This document shows, one piece after another, positions 13,587 through 27,103 of a stretch of DNA of 64,000 nt. The notes under the pieces were generated by a model, which saw nothing but the letters and a program-made list of their open reading frames with translations, searched no databases and had not been told where the DNA came from. Within the stretch, counting starts at the first letter, position 1. Each line of letters begins with the position of its first letter. The DNA is from Octopus sinensis (Eukaryota): the NCBI RefSeq assembly GCF_006345805.1, contig NC_043008.1, positions 7,254,001 to 7,318,000 on the forward strand. The letters run 5' to 3'. The position numbers and the translations under genes were made by a program.

Positions 13587-14189
13587 TACATCTAATTCAC
13601 GAATTGGACTAGCCATTCAAATTCTTTGTTGTAAATCTATAATCATAAGTATTCAAGCTGTTAACATATGATCTTTGCTCTTTTTTGTACACCTAATTCT
13701 ACATTAGCCAATGTGATTGTTTTGAAGCATATAGAGTGTGTTGCTGCTAATTTTAAGATTTGCAAAGCAACCTCAATAGGTTTTATTGTAATTTATAATA
13801 TTTTAGATCTATATAGTTATCTCATCTACTTGTAAAACATCGAGAAAGCTTTGATAACGCTGTCAGAGATTGACGAACGCCGCACCAGTGGGGAGAGATA
13901 ATCAATCATCAGATTATCGTGACAAGTTCCGGAAACATGCGAAGGATTTATCAGCTCGTCCTTACAGCTTGTGTTTTTCAGTAATTTTTATATTTAATTA
14001 TCTTTACACCATGGTGGGCGTTGTTGAGTTCAATCTCGATCGTAGAAAGTGAATCACGATTTCCAGGAGCAGATCAAGCTGTTTTACGTTCCCAAATATC
14101 ATTGATACCTTGGAGAAAGTTATGGATGGAGAAAAGCTTCCCTCACTTGATTTCGCTTTCAGGCAGTATTAATATAAAGTGGTTTATAA

Positions 14190-14450
14190 TAAACAATAAA
14201 TAAATACGCTCTTTTAAAGTCTAGCCAGGCTTATGGGCCCGGCTTCCCGGTTTCTATGGCGTATGTTTTCCCCAGCTTGACGAGATGCCAGTCCATCACA
14301 GCGTTACTCATTTTTGCCAGCTGAGTGAACTGGGGCAACGTGAAATGAAGTGTTTTGCTCAAGAACACAACGCGTCGCTCGGTCCAGGAATCGAAACCAC
14401 TATCTTACGATCATGATGCTGACACCCTAACCACTAAGCCACGCGCCTCC
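14190..14450 (-). mobile_element. SINE family C (tRNA head, CORE-like and Meta/V-like domains)
   Basis: Minus strand reads ggaggcgcgtggcttagtggttaggg (A box)...gtttcgattcc (B box)...gtgttcttgagcaaaacactt...gatggactggcatc...agaaaccggg. Imperfect TSD aaagtgg(t/a)ttata at 14176-14188 and 14451-14463. Confidence 0.85.
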
Positions 14451-15688
14451 AAAGTGGATTATATTGTTAGTTATTGAGGGAAATGTACGGAATCATTAAC
14501 GACATTTATACGAGAAACTGCTTTCCTAAACAACAAATAACGAGTTAAAGGAGGAGGTGTCTGTATGAGGTCGCTTGACTTGTTTGTTATAGAAGTAATA
14601 ACTCAAATCTCATTCTATCATCATAAAAAAGAAGGATACTCTGGGCTAGGGATGATAAACAAATAACGTACGATGGGATGACAAACATTCCATCATAGGG
14701 TTGCCCTGCAACAACGACAAAATTAATCATTATCTGAGGATTAAGTCGGATAAAATTGAAGCTAACTTCTAGGCATGAAATATTGTAGATCTGTTGTGTA
14801 TCAGAATATTTTGCGAGGCATTGCTCGCAGTAAAGAAACTTTAGTTGCAAACTCAACTCACTAAGTGTTTCGTATGCAAGAACAAGGCGGAATTTAACAC
14901 AAAAAAATTAATTAACAGCTAATTACTCTCCCATATCTACCTATCTATCACCTTAGATGTTTTCGCAAACACCTTGCACATGCAAGTGCTACCTGTCTAG
15001 AACTCCGCATACCGGAAGCCAGCAAGTGCATGGGGTCATCAGGAGCTCCCTGATTATGATCAATACATGATAATTTTAGGTAGACGCGTGGCTTATAAAT
15101 ACATTAAAAGATATTTATGGCATAGTTATTGGAACTGGTAATTTATATCAAATTTCTAACATTTAACGGATCCGCCTCACTAGGAACACATATCCTAACG
15201 TTGCTACTCCAGATGACTCTGTCAATTAAAAGCGTAGACGACTTTACATGTGACTAGCATTCCAGAGAATAAAGCAATACTAATATTTTGTGTACTGCTT
15301 ATATCAATGTCTCCGTGTATTCTCCATGACTTGTCAACTTCGTGAAATAGATTTGATCTGAGCTACGTTTTAGGATTTTATTTCTCTCTCATCGATTATA
15401 GCAACTGGTGATGATTAAAGAATTAGATGCGACTGGTATCCAATGAACCACACCAAATTAAACTGATTAATGTTCAATGAAAATGATGCGCTGAGCACAT
15501 ATCATTCATTTGCTTTCCATTGGAGACAATTGATTATAAGAATTTGTTTTAACCTAGATTAATTACACGGAAACATACTTCAGAAAATTTTTAATTATTT
15601 TATAAATCTCTGAACGATAAAACGTTGAACTGAAAATTAGGCAGCAATCAAGTGCTGATTAATAATTATATATATGTATATATATATA

Positions 15689-15720
<32 letters not shown>

Positions 15721-16008
15721 GTTGTATTTCGGGAATGTCATTTGTTTTGCGTTTTTGCCAAATAAACACGCGCATTATATATCCGTCTTTCCCTCGTTTA
15801 TTACTGTTCTTATTCTAAGTTACGTCCATTGTCCGGACAATGGACATGATTTAAAATAAGAACAGTAATAAACATGTTTATTTGGCAAACACACACACAT
15901 GCACACACACGCACACACAGAAATATGCCTATCCTGGAATACAACAATATCTGTTTCAACACACGGTTTCACATCAGGAATCTTGAATCTTACACCGAGG
16001 ATTCATAA

Positions 16009-16043
<35 letters not shown>

Positions 16044-18498
16044 GATATAAAAGGAAACTTTCATCGTCCCTAGGTGTGACTAAGGGTCACCTACATTTCT
16101 AGAAATAAGAGTTAAAACTTCTTAATACTGTAAGAAGAGCGGGATAGTCATATACAGACGGGTGAGGTAACTGCCCCATGACCGTCTCTAGGACCCACAT
16201 ATATATATATATATACGTACATACACACACATACGTTCAAACGCACACACACACATATATATGTATGTAGATGTATATAATTTAACAGTAGTGGTATGAA
16301 TATGAATATGTCCCAAGTCAGCGTAAGGTCACCGGTATAACGAGTATATGAACACATGTTGAAATACTCACGTCGATACACGCAATAACACTTAACCTTT
16401 TGAGGAAGTGATGAGTTTAGCAAGTGAACGTACAGGCTGAATTTAATTGAATATACGTCAGCCTTGAGTGGAAAACTGTAAGTACAGACAAAAAATTTGT
16501 TGTATTATTTTCTTGAGAAACATGAGATCGGATATGCGAAAACCATTGAAATACCCTTTTGAGGAACGTGGAGCTTAGCATTTTCCGGAGAAGGGATAGT
16601 TGCTCTGAAATGAAAGAACATGATGAGGTAATTAAGAAAATATTGAAACGTGTTCCGAACAAAATGTTCTACCACCACCACCACCACCACCAACACCAAC
16701 AACAACAAGAACAAGAACAACAACAACAGCAACAACAACATCAACAAGGTGCAATGCAGTGTCATGCTGAAATGGGTGTGCAAGAAAGAAAGCAGATTGC
16801 TTTATTTTGTCTGCTCCTTATAATTGTGTGAAGCATAAGCGTTGTTAACTGAAACAAGCGTTGCCAAATGCTGCAATCGTTTCCAGTTGATCTCTTGGCC
16901 AATCATACGGAGAGTACAAATGGATATATTGCAGCTAAATAGCACTGATGTTTAGGCGACAAAGAAAAACCTATTTACTCACAATGAGTAAACATCCTAA
17001 CATCTTAGAAATTACCCTCTCTGGATAAATATAATTTTCTATTATAAATTTTGCTTTCCACAGTAGTATTTGTAAAGCTTTACTGATTGCTTTTGCAGAG
17101 ATTGGTATACTCCCAGACATCGAGATGCAACCGAATGTTGAATAATAATCGTTTTTCTTAAATGCTTTCCGACTAACCCGAATTTAGTGTGTAATCAAAG
17201 TATGTAAGTACAAGATATATGTGAATATATTTGACTTAATTAAACGATATGTGGATATAGGGTTACTTACATATATTTGTCTGTTTGGTCTTTGACAAGA
17301 CACACAGCAAATCGTTCGTAGAAATAAACTGAATAATGGAAAATGGGTAGATCGCTGAAAAATAAATAAAACTGTAATTACTAAAAAAAAAAGTTATAAT
17401 GAAAAAAAACAACATTATATTTATCAATATCATCAACAATAGGGATTCCATCAATGTTGTCCTCTCCGCTATTGTGAACAGCAGTACGATCAGCAGGAAA
17501 GACGAGTGCGCAAGAGAAAAGAAGAGAAAGTATGAAGATATATAAAAGACAAAAAGAAGAAGAAAAGAAAGGAAACGCTAAACGGAATGAAGGAAATGAA
17601 GAATGATGTAACTGAAGAAGAAAATAAAGGAAATCCTGACTAATAATGAATTTTTGCGTGTTTTTCATGAATGCGCATACGGTGCATTTGGATTATAATT
17701 ACTTGTTTTACGTAGAACGGCAACGACATATAAATATCAGATACGTACATACATGCAGTAACGTATGGTTACATGCTGACATACATGCTTGCATTTTGTG
17801 TAGTTCTATTGTCATAAGTGTACCGGACTACGTTAGAAATGATCTGTATATAAGAAAAAAAAAACCCAAAACGAACAAGGAAAGTTGAATTGCTGGAGAT
17901 CTCGAAGAAAGAACAAAACAAGCTGATTCGCAATCTCCGAATACAATCGATCACTGAAAAATATGGAAAGCTTCCCCGAGATTCCAGTAACACAAACAGA
18001 ATCCACGAACGTAAGCATTAATGAAGAAAACACACTTCTCTGCTAAAGTAACAGGCGTATCTACGGCAGGAATTCACGTTTATTCCACAGACACAGACGC
18101 ATCTGTATTTGCACAAAATAATTCATTCATGTAATCGGGAAACAAATGGAACCGTCTTGACATAATCCAAACAAAATTACCACTTTGAATCTGCTTGAAT
18201 TCTACAAAGGAAAAATATACTTCAATAACCTTAACAAAATATTACTTGGAAAATATATGAAATAAAAATAATATTTGAAATAAAATATGATATGAGATCC
18301 AGGAAATAAAATAGTAAAATTAAATAAAACTGACGAACGAAAAATAAATAACGTAAATATGGAATGAGTACTTGACATCTGTATTCAAATAAGAAAATAA
18401 CCTCTTGTGAGTAAGTGAATTTTTCAATACATAGTCAGAGTATACAACTAATCCATGCGGTCATAAGTGGATTAATCTCTGCCAAGAGAAAACATGAA

Positions 18499-18541
<43 letters not shown>

Positions 18542-19226
18542 CAAAGTTCTATATATGGTTACATATCTGCAAAAAAAATATATGCCATCTACGTTGACAG
18601 GAAGCGCAACTTCTCTTTGATCTGTGACAGATATATCACATTCCACCTGGAAGCACGAGGTTTGCTATGGAAGCACCAAAGACGGTTACAAAACAGATGA
18701 AAGGTAAACAGATAAGAAAGCTTCCAAAAGATAACCTTATGTTAGAAAATGTTGCTGTATGTGAAAGTTGTCAGCAACACCACAAGCGGCTCTCCAAAAA
18801 TATCTGCAAATTTCTCTCTTCTTACAAACATGACTTATGGTTGTACCAAAGATACTTTATGAAAAATGGTGTGAAATTAAAGAATAAAGGAATAAAACCA
18901 GCCGTCCAGTTCGAGGACCATACATTTGGCATCGTTCTCTGGAGCAGGAAACAAATGTTATTATACAGGTGTCCAAGAGATTGGTATGTTTTGCCCCAAA
19001 CAGAACACCTAGAGACAACAGCATACAAGGTAATACTCTCCTGTCCGGGCGTTTCATTCTTCTTTGTAGCTATTAGCAACAAATTAATAGAGGTGCAGAG
19101 TGATATGGGATTAGAAATTAATATAAAGACCTGGAACTGATTGAGATTACACAAGAAAGCAAAGCGAACAAGCTAAACATTCTTCGCAAACGAAAACCAA
19201 TGGTAAATATTTGTAAATATTAGTAA

Positions 19227-19363
19227 AATTCCGCCGAGATCGACTGTGTCATTCATCCTTTCGGGGTCGATAAATTAAGTACCAGTTACGCACTGGGGTC
19301 GCTGTAAACGATTAGTCTCCTCCCCTAAAATTTCAGGCCTTGTACCTATAGTAGAAATGATTA
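19227..19363 (+). mobile_element. SINE family B, 5'-truncated, alternative 3' tail
   Basis: Nin-like core followed by tcccctaaaatttcaggccttgtacctatagtagaaa. Confidence 0.8.
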
Positions 19364-19723
19364 TATACTTACACATGCGTACATTGCAAATATGTAACTG
19401 TATCTATAACCATATCTATTTATTTATATGTATGCATTTATGTATGCATGCATACAGACATATGTAAATGCAAACATACGTCCATACATACATACATACA
19501 TACATACGTACATACATACATACATACATACATACATACATACATACATACATACATACATACAAAAATACCCTGTTGTTGATGTTGAAATTCCAATGAA
19601 GAAACCTTGGATCTAGGTTAGAAACCTGTTCTTTCTCTATTAGCAAGAAAAAACAACAACGCGAGGTCGTGTTACACCTACTGTCTTATTGGACGCTCAG
19701 GAAAGGAAAGAAAAGAAAGAGGC

Positions 19724-19757
19724 TTTTCACGTTTCAAGCGGCGCACTTCATCAGAAA
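19724..19757 (-). ncRNA. Degenerate minimal type I hammerhead ribozyme in a probable Penelope-like pLTR remnant (~19660-19940)
   Basis: Minus strand ttt-CTGATGA-a-gtgcgccgctt-GAAA-cg-TG-aaaa. Stem II is damaged and the GUG triplet is non-cleavable. Confidence 0.55.
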
Positions 19758-19943
19758 TATAGTAAAAGTCCAAAGAAGGGAAGACGGAGGAAGAAAATCG
19801 CCAACGATACATACGCGGTCACCTATTGAAATGACTGGAAGGAAATGGGTGAAGAAAAAGTTCTTACTAAGACAGGAGAGTTGCAAGAGAAGGAAGTATT
19901 GTGTGGGTATATGCGTGCGCACAGGTCTGTGTGTGCGTGTGTA

Positions 19944-19984
<41 letters not shown>

Positions 19985-20004
19985 TACATATATATATATA
20001 TATA

Positions 20005-20609
20005 TACTAAGCAATAAGGGTTTAGCAACGAGTTGCCTTACCACATACCGAATTTAGAAATAGCAGTCAAAGGGTTATAGCTATTTCTTCTACTAAAAAG
20101 GGAGATCTCAGTAAAAACAGCATTTGGAAGGCAGACACAAACAGGTAAGAGAGAATGAATTAACTGCAATCTAATCATACTTTTTTTAGTTATCCACGGA
20201 CGTACGTTCGAAATCAAGTTTTAAGGAAGCATAAGAATTAGATATTAAATATTAAATAAAAATAATTCTATCTTACCGAAACTTCTTTTCTCTTCAGCGT
20301 AGAATACTATAATCATAAATGATTATATATTGAATTTTGAGATACCAGAAGGCACCAACTCCACTCAGTATCAGAGCGAGCTAGAATCCGCAACTGGTAT
20401 CACCGAATTCAATTTTTGAATGAAACGATTGTGTCAACAGCCCTTCCCACCCGCGTGTAGCCAAAACAAGATGCTGTGGTCATCTACTGGATAAAAAATG
20501 GTTATCCGTATAATGAAGGGTGAAATTAATTAATTGGAAAAAATTTTTTCCAAATTAATTAATTTCACCCTTCATTATTACGGATAACTATATATATATA
20601 TATATATAA

Positions 20610-20673
<64 letters not shown>

Positions 20674-20962
20674 ATATATATATATATAATTATCCGTAAT
20701 AATGAAGGGTGAAATTAATTAATTTGGGAATAATTATCGATTACACCAAGTAGTCTTCGGCATGTAAAAGCCTCATTCGAGGAAAATTTAAGTAATACTA
20801 AGCAATAAGGGTTTAGCAACGAATTGCCTTACCACATACCGAATTTAGAAATAGCATCAAAGAGTTATAGCTATTTCTTAGCTATAACTCTTTGACTGCT
20901 ATTTCTAAATTCGGTATGTGGTAAGGCAATTCGTTGCTAAACCCTTTATTGCTTAGTATTAC

Positions 20963-20963
<1 letters not shown>
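20005..20963 (-). mobile_element. Penelope-like pLTR/retrozyme-type composite inserted in (TA)n, with tandem and inverted segments
   Basis: Segment tactaagcaataaggg...tagctatttct is at 20005 and 20796 and inverted at 20879-20963. Terminal segment ttatccgtaataatgaagggtgaaattaattaattt is at 20502 and 20690 and inverted at 20550-20588. Contains a hammerhead motif; all outer ends abut (TA)n. Confidence 0.75.
20194..20302 (-). ncRNA. Type I hammerhead ribozyme variant with long stem II
   Basis: Minus strand ctacg-CTGAAGA-[gaaaagaagttt...agaatta/taattct...aaacttgatttc]-GAA-cgtacg-TC-cgtgg. Stem I is ctacg/cgtgg, stem III is the palindrome ACGTACGT, site GUC. One A of GAAA is missing in this copy. 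Confidence 0.7.
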
Positions 20964-20994
<31 letters not shown>

Positions 20995-21399
20995 TAGGTT
21001 GGTAATAGTACATAGGAATGCATGTGTGTGAGTGTGGGAGTAAGTTTATCACGTGACTAGAGTTATTCGCTTGCACTTCTGAATATATATATATATCTAT
21101 AGAATTTTTGCATGGCTGCTGTCTTACCAACGCGAATCTAGAATGTTATGTGGTATTCAAGATTGATGTTATCTAATAGGGAACATTAGAATATTGGTTA
21201 GATATAATGTTGATGGTGATGATGATGGTAAGGTATGTTAATTTTACTTTAGTATAAAAGCATAGAGAGGTTAGTAGTAAAACATATATTTAGGTTGATG
21301 TTTCAAGTTTAATTAATGGAATTGCTAATTAGTCAAACATCACGAACAAAATATTCAGTTATTATCAAGAAGGGTTGAAATTAATTCATGCAAGATTTC

Positions 21400-21714
21400 T
21401 CAGCTCTAGAATCACTCTTTCATAGTCAACCAATGACATTTTAAGTCTAACTTTCGTGTTGCAGGGTGCACAAAATGCTTCTTCTCAGTAAATTTTTCAT
21501 ACCGTAACAGACTCTCTAATATGTATTTCAAGAAAAATTTGTAGAAGAGTCATCTTATGTTTTGAAAATGAAGGATGACACTTTCAACACTTTTTATAAA
21601 GTTTTTTAAAGTCTTGAAAAGTCTAGTATATTCTTTTGTAGTCTTGTACCATCTTATAAATATATACTTTCCAATGAAATACTTACTGCGAAGAGACTTT
21701 TGGAACATCCTGTA
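21400..21714 (+). mobile_element. Tc1/mariner-superfamily 3' remnant
   Basis: C-terminal translation RRVILCFENEG*HFQHFL* resembles the GGHFEHLL ending. Right end acttttggaacatcctg followed by TA is TIR-like. Confidence 0.6.
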
Positions 21715-21846
21715 CATGATCAGAGGTTGGGGAAAAGTGCCTGGTGGTATTTAACTCTGAATCGTTGAGTTCTGGGATGAAAATATTTTCGTGTTCAAGT
21801 TTGCTTTTCGTACTTCCGAAATCACGAATTACAATGTGAGTGAAAG

Positions 21847-21929
<83 letters not shown>

Positions 21930-22554
21930 AACAAACACACACTTGTCGTGAGCCTTTAACTCCTTCGGGAAATATAGGAGCGCCTGCTTGGATATAGGAA
22001 AAGAATCAAACCAGAAAGACACACACACAGACACATACACAGATACACGAGCAAACGTACACTCACACAATCGTATACACAACACACACACACACACATA
22101 TTTAAGTATATATATATACGTATGTACGGGTGTATGCGTGTATTATGTATGTATATATATGTATATGTATGTGTATGTATATGCATATGTATCTATATGT
22201 ATATGTATGTATACGTATGTATACGTATGTATATGTATGTATATGTATATATGTATGTACGGGTGTATGCGTGTAAGTACTATGTATATGAAATTTGCCG
22301 AAATGTCAGAATCATTTAAAGGGACCGCCTGGACGGTTTGCAGTTTACTTCTCCGTTCTCTCTTTCGTTTTCTCTTTCATTCCTTCCTTCTTTCTTTCTT
22401 TCTTTCTTTCAGAATGAAATCGTTTCTAGTTTTATAGAATTAGAATCGATGGTCTTCATTAAATTTCGCAGTAAGGAATGGTCTCCGTATTGCCATGTGA
22501 GCGTCCCTGTTTTCTTTTTCTTTTATATATATAGGTAAGTGACCAAATGAACAC

Positions 22555-23080
22555 ACACAAACATATACGCATAGACTCACACACGCACAGACACACACAC
22601 ACACACACACAAACACACGCGCATTGACAAAAACACTCACACAAAACACACGCACAGACACTCAGGCATGGACTCTCACACACGCACAGACACAGACACA
22701 AACACATGAATAGATACTCACACATGAACAAACACACACACATACACACACACGCACAGACATACAGACACACACACACACACACACACTCATGCATGGA
22801 CTCTCACACACGCACAGACACAACACACAAGTACACACACACATTAGATACTGACACACGCAGACACACATAGACACAAACACACGAATAGACACTCACA
22901 CACGTACAGACACACAGACACACAAACACACGAATAGACACTCACACACGTACAGACACATATACACACAAACACACGAATAGATGCTCACACATGAACA
23001 AACACACACACACACATACACAGACTCACACACCCGTCAGCGCGCACACACACACACAAACACACACGGAAACACACACA
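22555..23080. repeat. AC-rich cryptic minisatellite
   Basis: Units such as aaacacacgaatagacactcacacacgtacagacaca and catggactctcacacacgcacagacac recur within an (AC)n background. Confidence 0.85.
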
Positions 23081-23117
23081 GAACATTTGTCATTCTGTCG
23101 GTGAGGATGTCGAGGAT

Positions 23118-23367
23118 TGCAATCGATCCAATCAACAGGACGGTCTGCTCGTGAAATTAAAGTGCAATTTACCTTTAATGTAATTCTGAAGGAGATTTAA
23201 CGTGACACTGAATGTGACAAGTGAGGCCGTTTGATACAGGTACGGCTCATAATAAGAAATAACCAGGTAAGTGGAGTGGTATAACCTGAAGTAAAGTATC
23301 TTGCTGAAGGACACAACCTTACGATCGTTAGCTGAATTATGCTACAACTACTAGGTCACGCATCTTC
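23118..23367 (-). mobile_element. Old tRNA/CORE-like SINE remnant
   Basis: Plus strand aaagtatcttgctgaaggacacaac...ttacgatcg...actaggtcacgc resembles the reverse of the family C head and CORE region. Confidence 0.55.
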
Positions 23368-23785
23368 AAACACTTTGGGAGACAAAGTAGTCGGTTTTTG
23401 CTGTTCAGCAGCAATGGCAGCGGAAGACACGGTTGTCGGGTTTTGTTGTTGCTGTTCAGCAGCAATGGTGGCAGGGGACGCACAAGTCGCCACACAAGTC
23501 AGGCAATGAAACGACTAGTTTGGTAGCTGGACCATTTCCCAGGGTTTATCCATCGTACTGTGGTGCAAGGCAAACAAAGAAAGGAAGAAGAAGAAAAAAA
23601 AGTGAAGATACAGATAAATAAGATGTTATTATTTGTTGTTGTTAACTGTTTTCGCATACACGGACGGACGGTAGTGGAGGATCTCCTTCGTCCAAAAATG
23701 GTGATTCAGTAATTTGATTAAAGGAATTTCTTTTATTATTATTGAATACCATAGTAATGAGAACCCCGGTTCGAAATTTCCCCAA

Positions 23786-23831
23786 GACACCTGATGAAGG
23801 CTGGAGGTTATATCAGCCGAAACATTGTGTT
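23786..23831 (+). ncRNA. Minimal type I hammerhead ribozyme (Penelope-like)
   Basis: gacac-CTGATGA-a-ggctg(gaggttatat)cagcc-GAAA-ca-TT-gtgtt. Stem I gacac/gtgtt, 5-bp stem II, intact core boxes, vestigial stem III (ACAT, probably decayed from palindromic ACGT). Confidence 0.82.
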
Positions 23832-23909
23832 AACAAGATGAGGACAAATATCCATCAAATTTAAATAATGTAAATATTGCTCAAAATCATTGTCTAATAA
23901 TTTTTTTTA

Positions 23910-24115
23910 TAATTTTGCATCAGGAACAGCAATTTTGAAGGGAGGCAGCAAATATTGACCCCCCCCACTATCAGACGGGTACCTATTTTATCGACACAGA
24001 CTGAATAAAAGGCATATTAGATTTGGTAGCATTTGAAATCCGAACGTAAAATCGGAAAAAATAATGCCGAGCTTTTTGTCCGGTGCAAATAAGATTCCGT
24101 CAGTCCGCCGACTTT
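23910..24115 (-). mobile_element. SINE family B, old degenerate copy
   Basis: ggtacctattttatcgac...gaataaaaggc...atttgaaatccgaacgtaaa...cagtccgccg matches the reverse consensus. Confidence 0.6.
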
Positions 24116-24718
24116 GTTATGCCTCATTATCCATTCCGTATTATTTCCTTGAAAACACGTTAATGCCCCGGCATGCATAAATCTAAAATATACTGGATAC
24201 TAAAAATTTCTCTGTTAAATAATTCGTTGATATTCTGTAAAATAGTTGTGGGCCATGAAGATTGCCATTGGCCAAGTGTAACGGATTTTCTTTCTGCTGG
24301 GAATAGTATAATCTTTACCGAATTCATGGTGTCGAGAAAATAGCCAAACTGATGTAAATAACTAATTCCTTCATGGCCTAAATATTAATTCCCTAAAATT
24401 CAGGAAATAATATTCTCTGTAACTTTGAATAATTTACAAGAGGAAAAATTTAAAAAATCGAAATAGCAGACAAATGTTGAGATCTGACAAATTCGTGCGA
24501 GGAAGAATGTCACAAGTTGAAGAATTTTCACTCGACACCAGTTATTTAATTAGCCATGCGAAGAAATTAGGAATATGAGGATGGTTTTCGATGAAAAGAT
24601 TAAATAGCAGCTGGATAGAGTCCCATCTCTTGCCTTCAGGAGCTTATAAACGACAAACACACACATAAAACATGCCGCAGGCATACATACAAATGTACGA
24701 TCACTGACAACAAAGTAA

Positions 24719-24810
<92 letters not shown>

Positions 24811-24811
<1 letters not shown>

Positions 24812-25207
24812 GCGGAGGAGCGGCTGTGTGGTAAGTAGCTTCCTTACCAACCACATGGTTCCGGTTCAGTCCCACTGCGTGGCACCTTGGGCAAGTGTCT
24901 TCTACTAGAGCGTCAGTCCAACCAAAGCTTTGTGAGTGGACTTGTGAGTGAAAGAAGCCCGTCGTATACGTGTATATGTATATATATGTGCGTGTGTGTT
25001 TGTGTGTCTGTGTTTGTTCCCTCAACATCGCTTGACAACCGGTCCTGGTGTGTTTACGTCCTCGTAACTTAGCAGTTCGGCAAAAAAACCGTTAGAATAA
25101 GTACTAGGCTTACAAAGAATAAGTCCTGGGGTCGATTTGCTCGACAAAAGGCGTTGCTCCAGCATGGTCGCAGTCAAATGAATGAAACAAGTAAAGGAGT
25201 AAAATAG
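24811..25207 (+). mobile_element. SINE family A, near full length, following a (GATA)n tract
   Basis: Matches the 13171 copy with small deletions. Confidence 0.9.
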
Positions 25208-26814
25208 ATATATAGATATCTGTTTCTTTCTGCGTATATGTTTTGGCGAGTGTTTGCATATGTGCGTGAAATATATGTGGTGTTGTATTTACGGAAAGCA
25301 TTTCAGAACTTTATCCAGTAGTATTAAAACAGGAATATTCTATTAAAGTTAGGTATGCTACTCATGATCACAGATTTAAAAGTAATTATATGAAAATTAT
25401 ATGAATATCTTCGTAATGTATACGCTTACAGATAGAAAACAGCCATATCGACGCACACACACGTAGGTATAATACGGTAAGAGAGAAAGAGAAGAGATAG
25501 ATGGAGGTATATAGAAACATTACCGTATGCTTTATGAGAACATACGGATGTGGTAGGGCCTCCATGAGCACTACAGTGTGAAAGGAAACCTCTGATATTC
25601 CGACATTGGGTTCCGATATCCGGTTACCGGTTAAGCTATTTCCTTTTGCGAAATCTATTGCTAGAGACGTAATGGTTCTGCAACTATGACTTTCACTTCG
25701 CTTATAATCTGGAATATGTTTTTCACTTATGCTATAATCATTGAATAGGCGATAGATTATATTTTCTCCTCAACATTCCTACATATATAAACATATAATT
25801 ATATTACTATCGATTTCTTCTTCAAGAATATTTGTGAATTATGGTTTTAACTAAGCACAATAGCAACATAATTTAAACGAAATATAGCAGTAGTTAGCGT
25901 AAATGACTTCATTATTTAGTTTACATAATTCGTGAAGTAATGCATCATTATATGAGGAAATATGTAAATAACATAGATATTATCATTTCTAAGCAAGAAT
26001 TATCATTATTCATTTGAAATAATATTGATTCAACTGACATTTAGGAAATTCTAACTGATGATATTCTTGCGTGAATACCATATCTTTTCAAAAAATGAAA
26101 CAGCAATCTGGATGTGATTGTAAAATTTTTACTATTTAATTTTATGATTTATGCTTCTTGCATAATCATTCAGAAAATACCGACTGTCAACAGCTATGAG
26201 GAATTTCGTGTCTAGAAAATATTGGTTCCGATACATTAGTACTGGAATTATATCTAATCTTGTGAATTAGTTTAGTTATTCTTTGGCGAGTACGCAGTTA
26301 TTTTAATGTCTTGAAGAAAACATTAAGAATTCGAAGGTTTCAGAAGAATTTTAACTAAAGTACGTTCCTGGAGATCACGCGGAAATAAGGCGAGAGTGAA
26401 CTACTTTATATCGGTGGAAGTTCTATTCGGAGTTCGTCAATTATAATGCTTTTACACAGAAGACGATGTCATGTTTATATAGGACGACGAGCGTTTAATG
26501 TGGGAACAATTCTGTTGCATTTGTCTTGAAATCAACCAAAATTGAAGTGTTGTATTTTAAAACGTAACTGCCAAAAAGAAAAAGAGAAAAGAAAAATGAG
26601 TTTGAGATTATACAAATCATGGCGTTTAGTTGTTCTGATCCTAAATTTTGATGTTCTGGAAGAGTCTGCGACATATAACTTGATGCTGAATATAGATTAC
26701 GCGGGAGGGAGTATTTTCTTATAAATGGTATATCCACAAACACACACACAAACTCAACACACAGGTGTTTATATGTGAGTGGATTTGGTAGACGGAAACT
26801 GAAAGAGGCCCGTC

Positions 26815-26864
<50 letters not shown>

Positions 26865-26993
26865 CATAGGCAAATAGCAAAATGGAGAGGATATACAATC
26901 GACAAACATCAGCCAGTAAACATTCAATTAATCTATTTCTTAAATTGATTACAAACATATGTAATAGAATGAAATAAGCCAATAGATACGTAA

Positions 26994-27027
<34 letters not shown>

Positions 27028-27050
27028 ACATATATTACATACATACATAC

Positions 27051-27103
<53 letters not shown>

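Noticed and set aside
14375-14450. tRNA-like sequences with A and B boxes (here and at other SINE heads)
   Set aside because: They continue directly into SINE bodies and lack a complete cloverleaf, so they are not tRNA genes.
16559-16831. ORF with poly-H/poly-Q resembling a transcription-factor segment
   Set aside because: Driven by a CAC/CAA microsatellite; no domain or clear splice boundaries.
25572-26460. Possible Tigger/pogo-like DNA transposon (tacagtg...tatccgg start)
   Set aside because: No matching right TIR or transposase motif could be verified.
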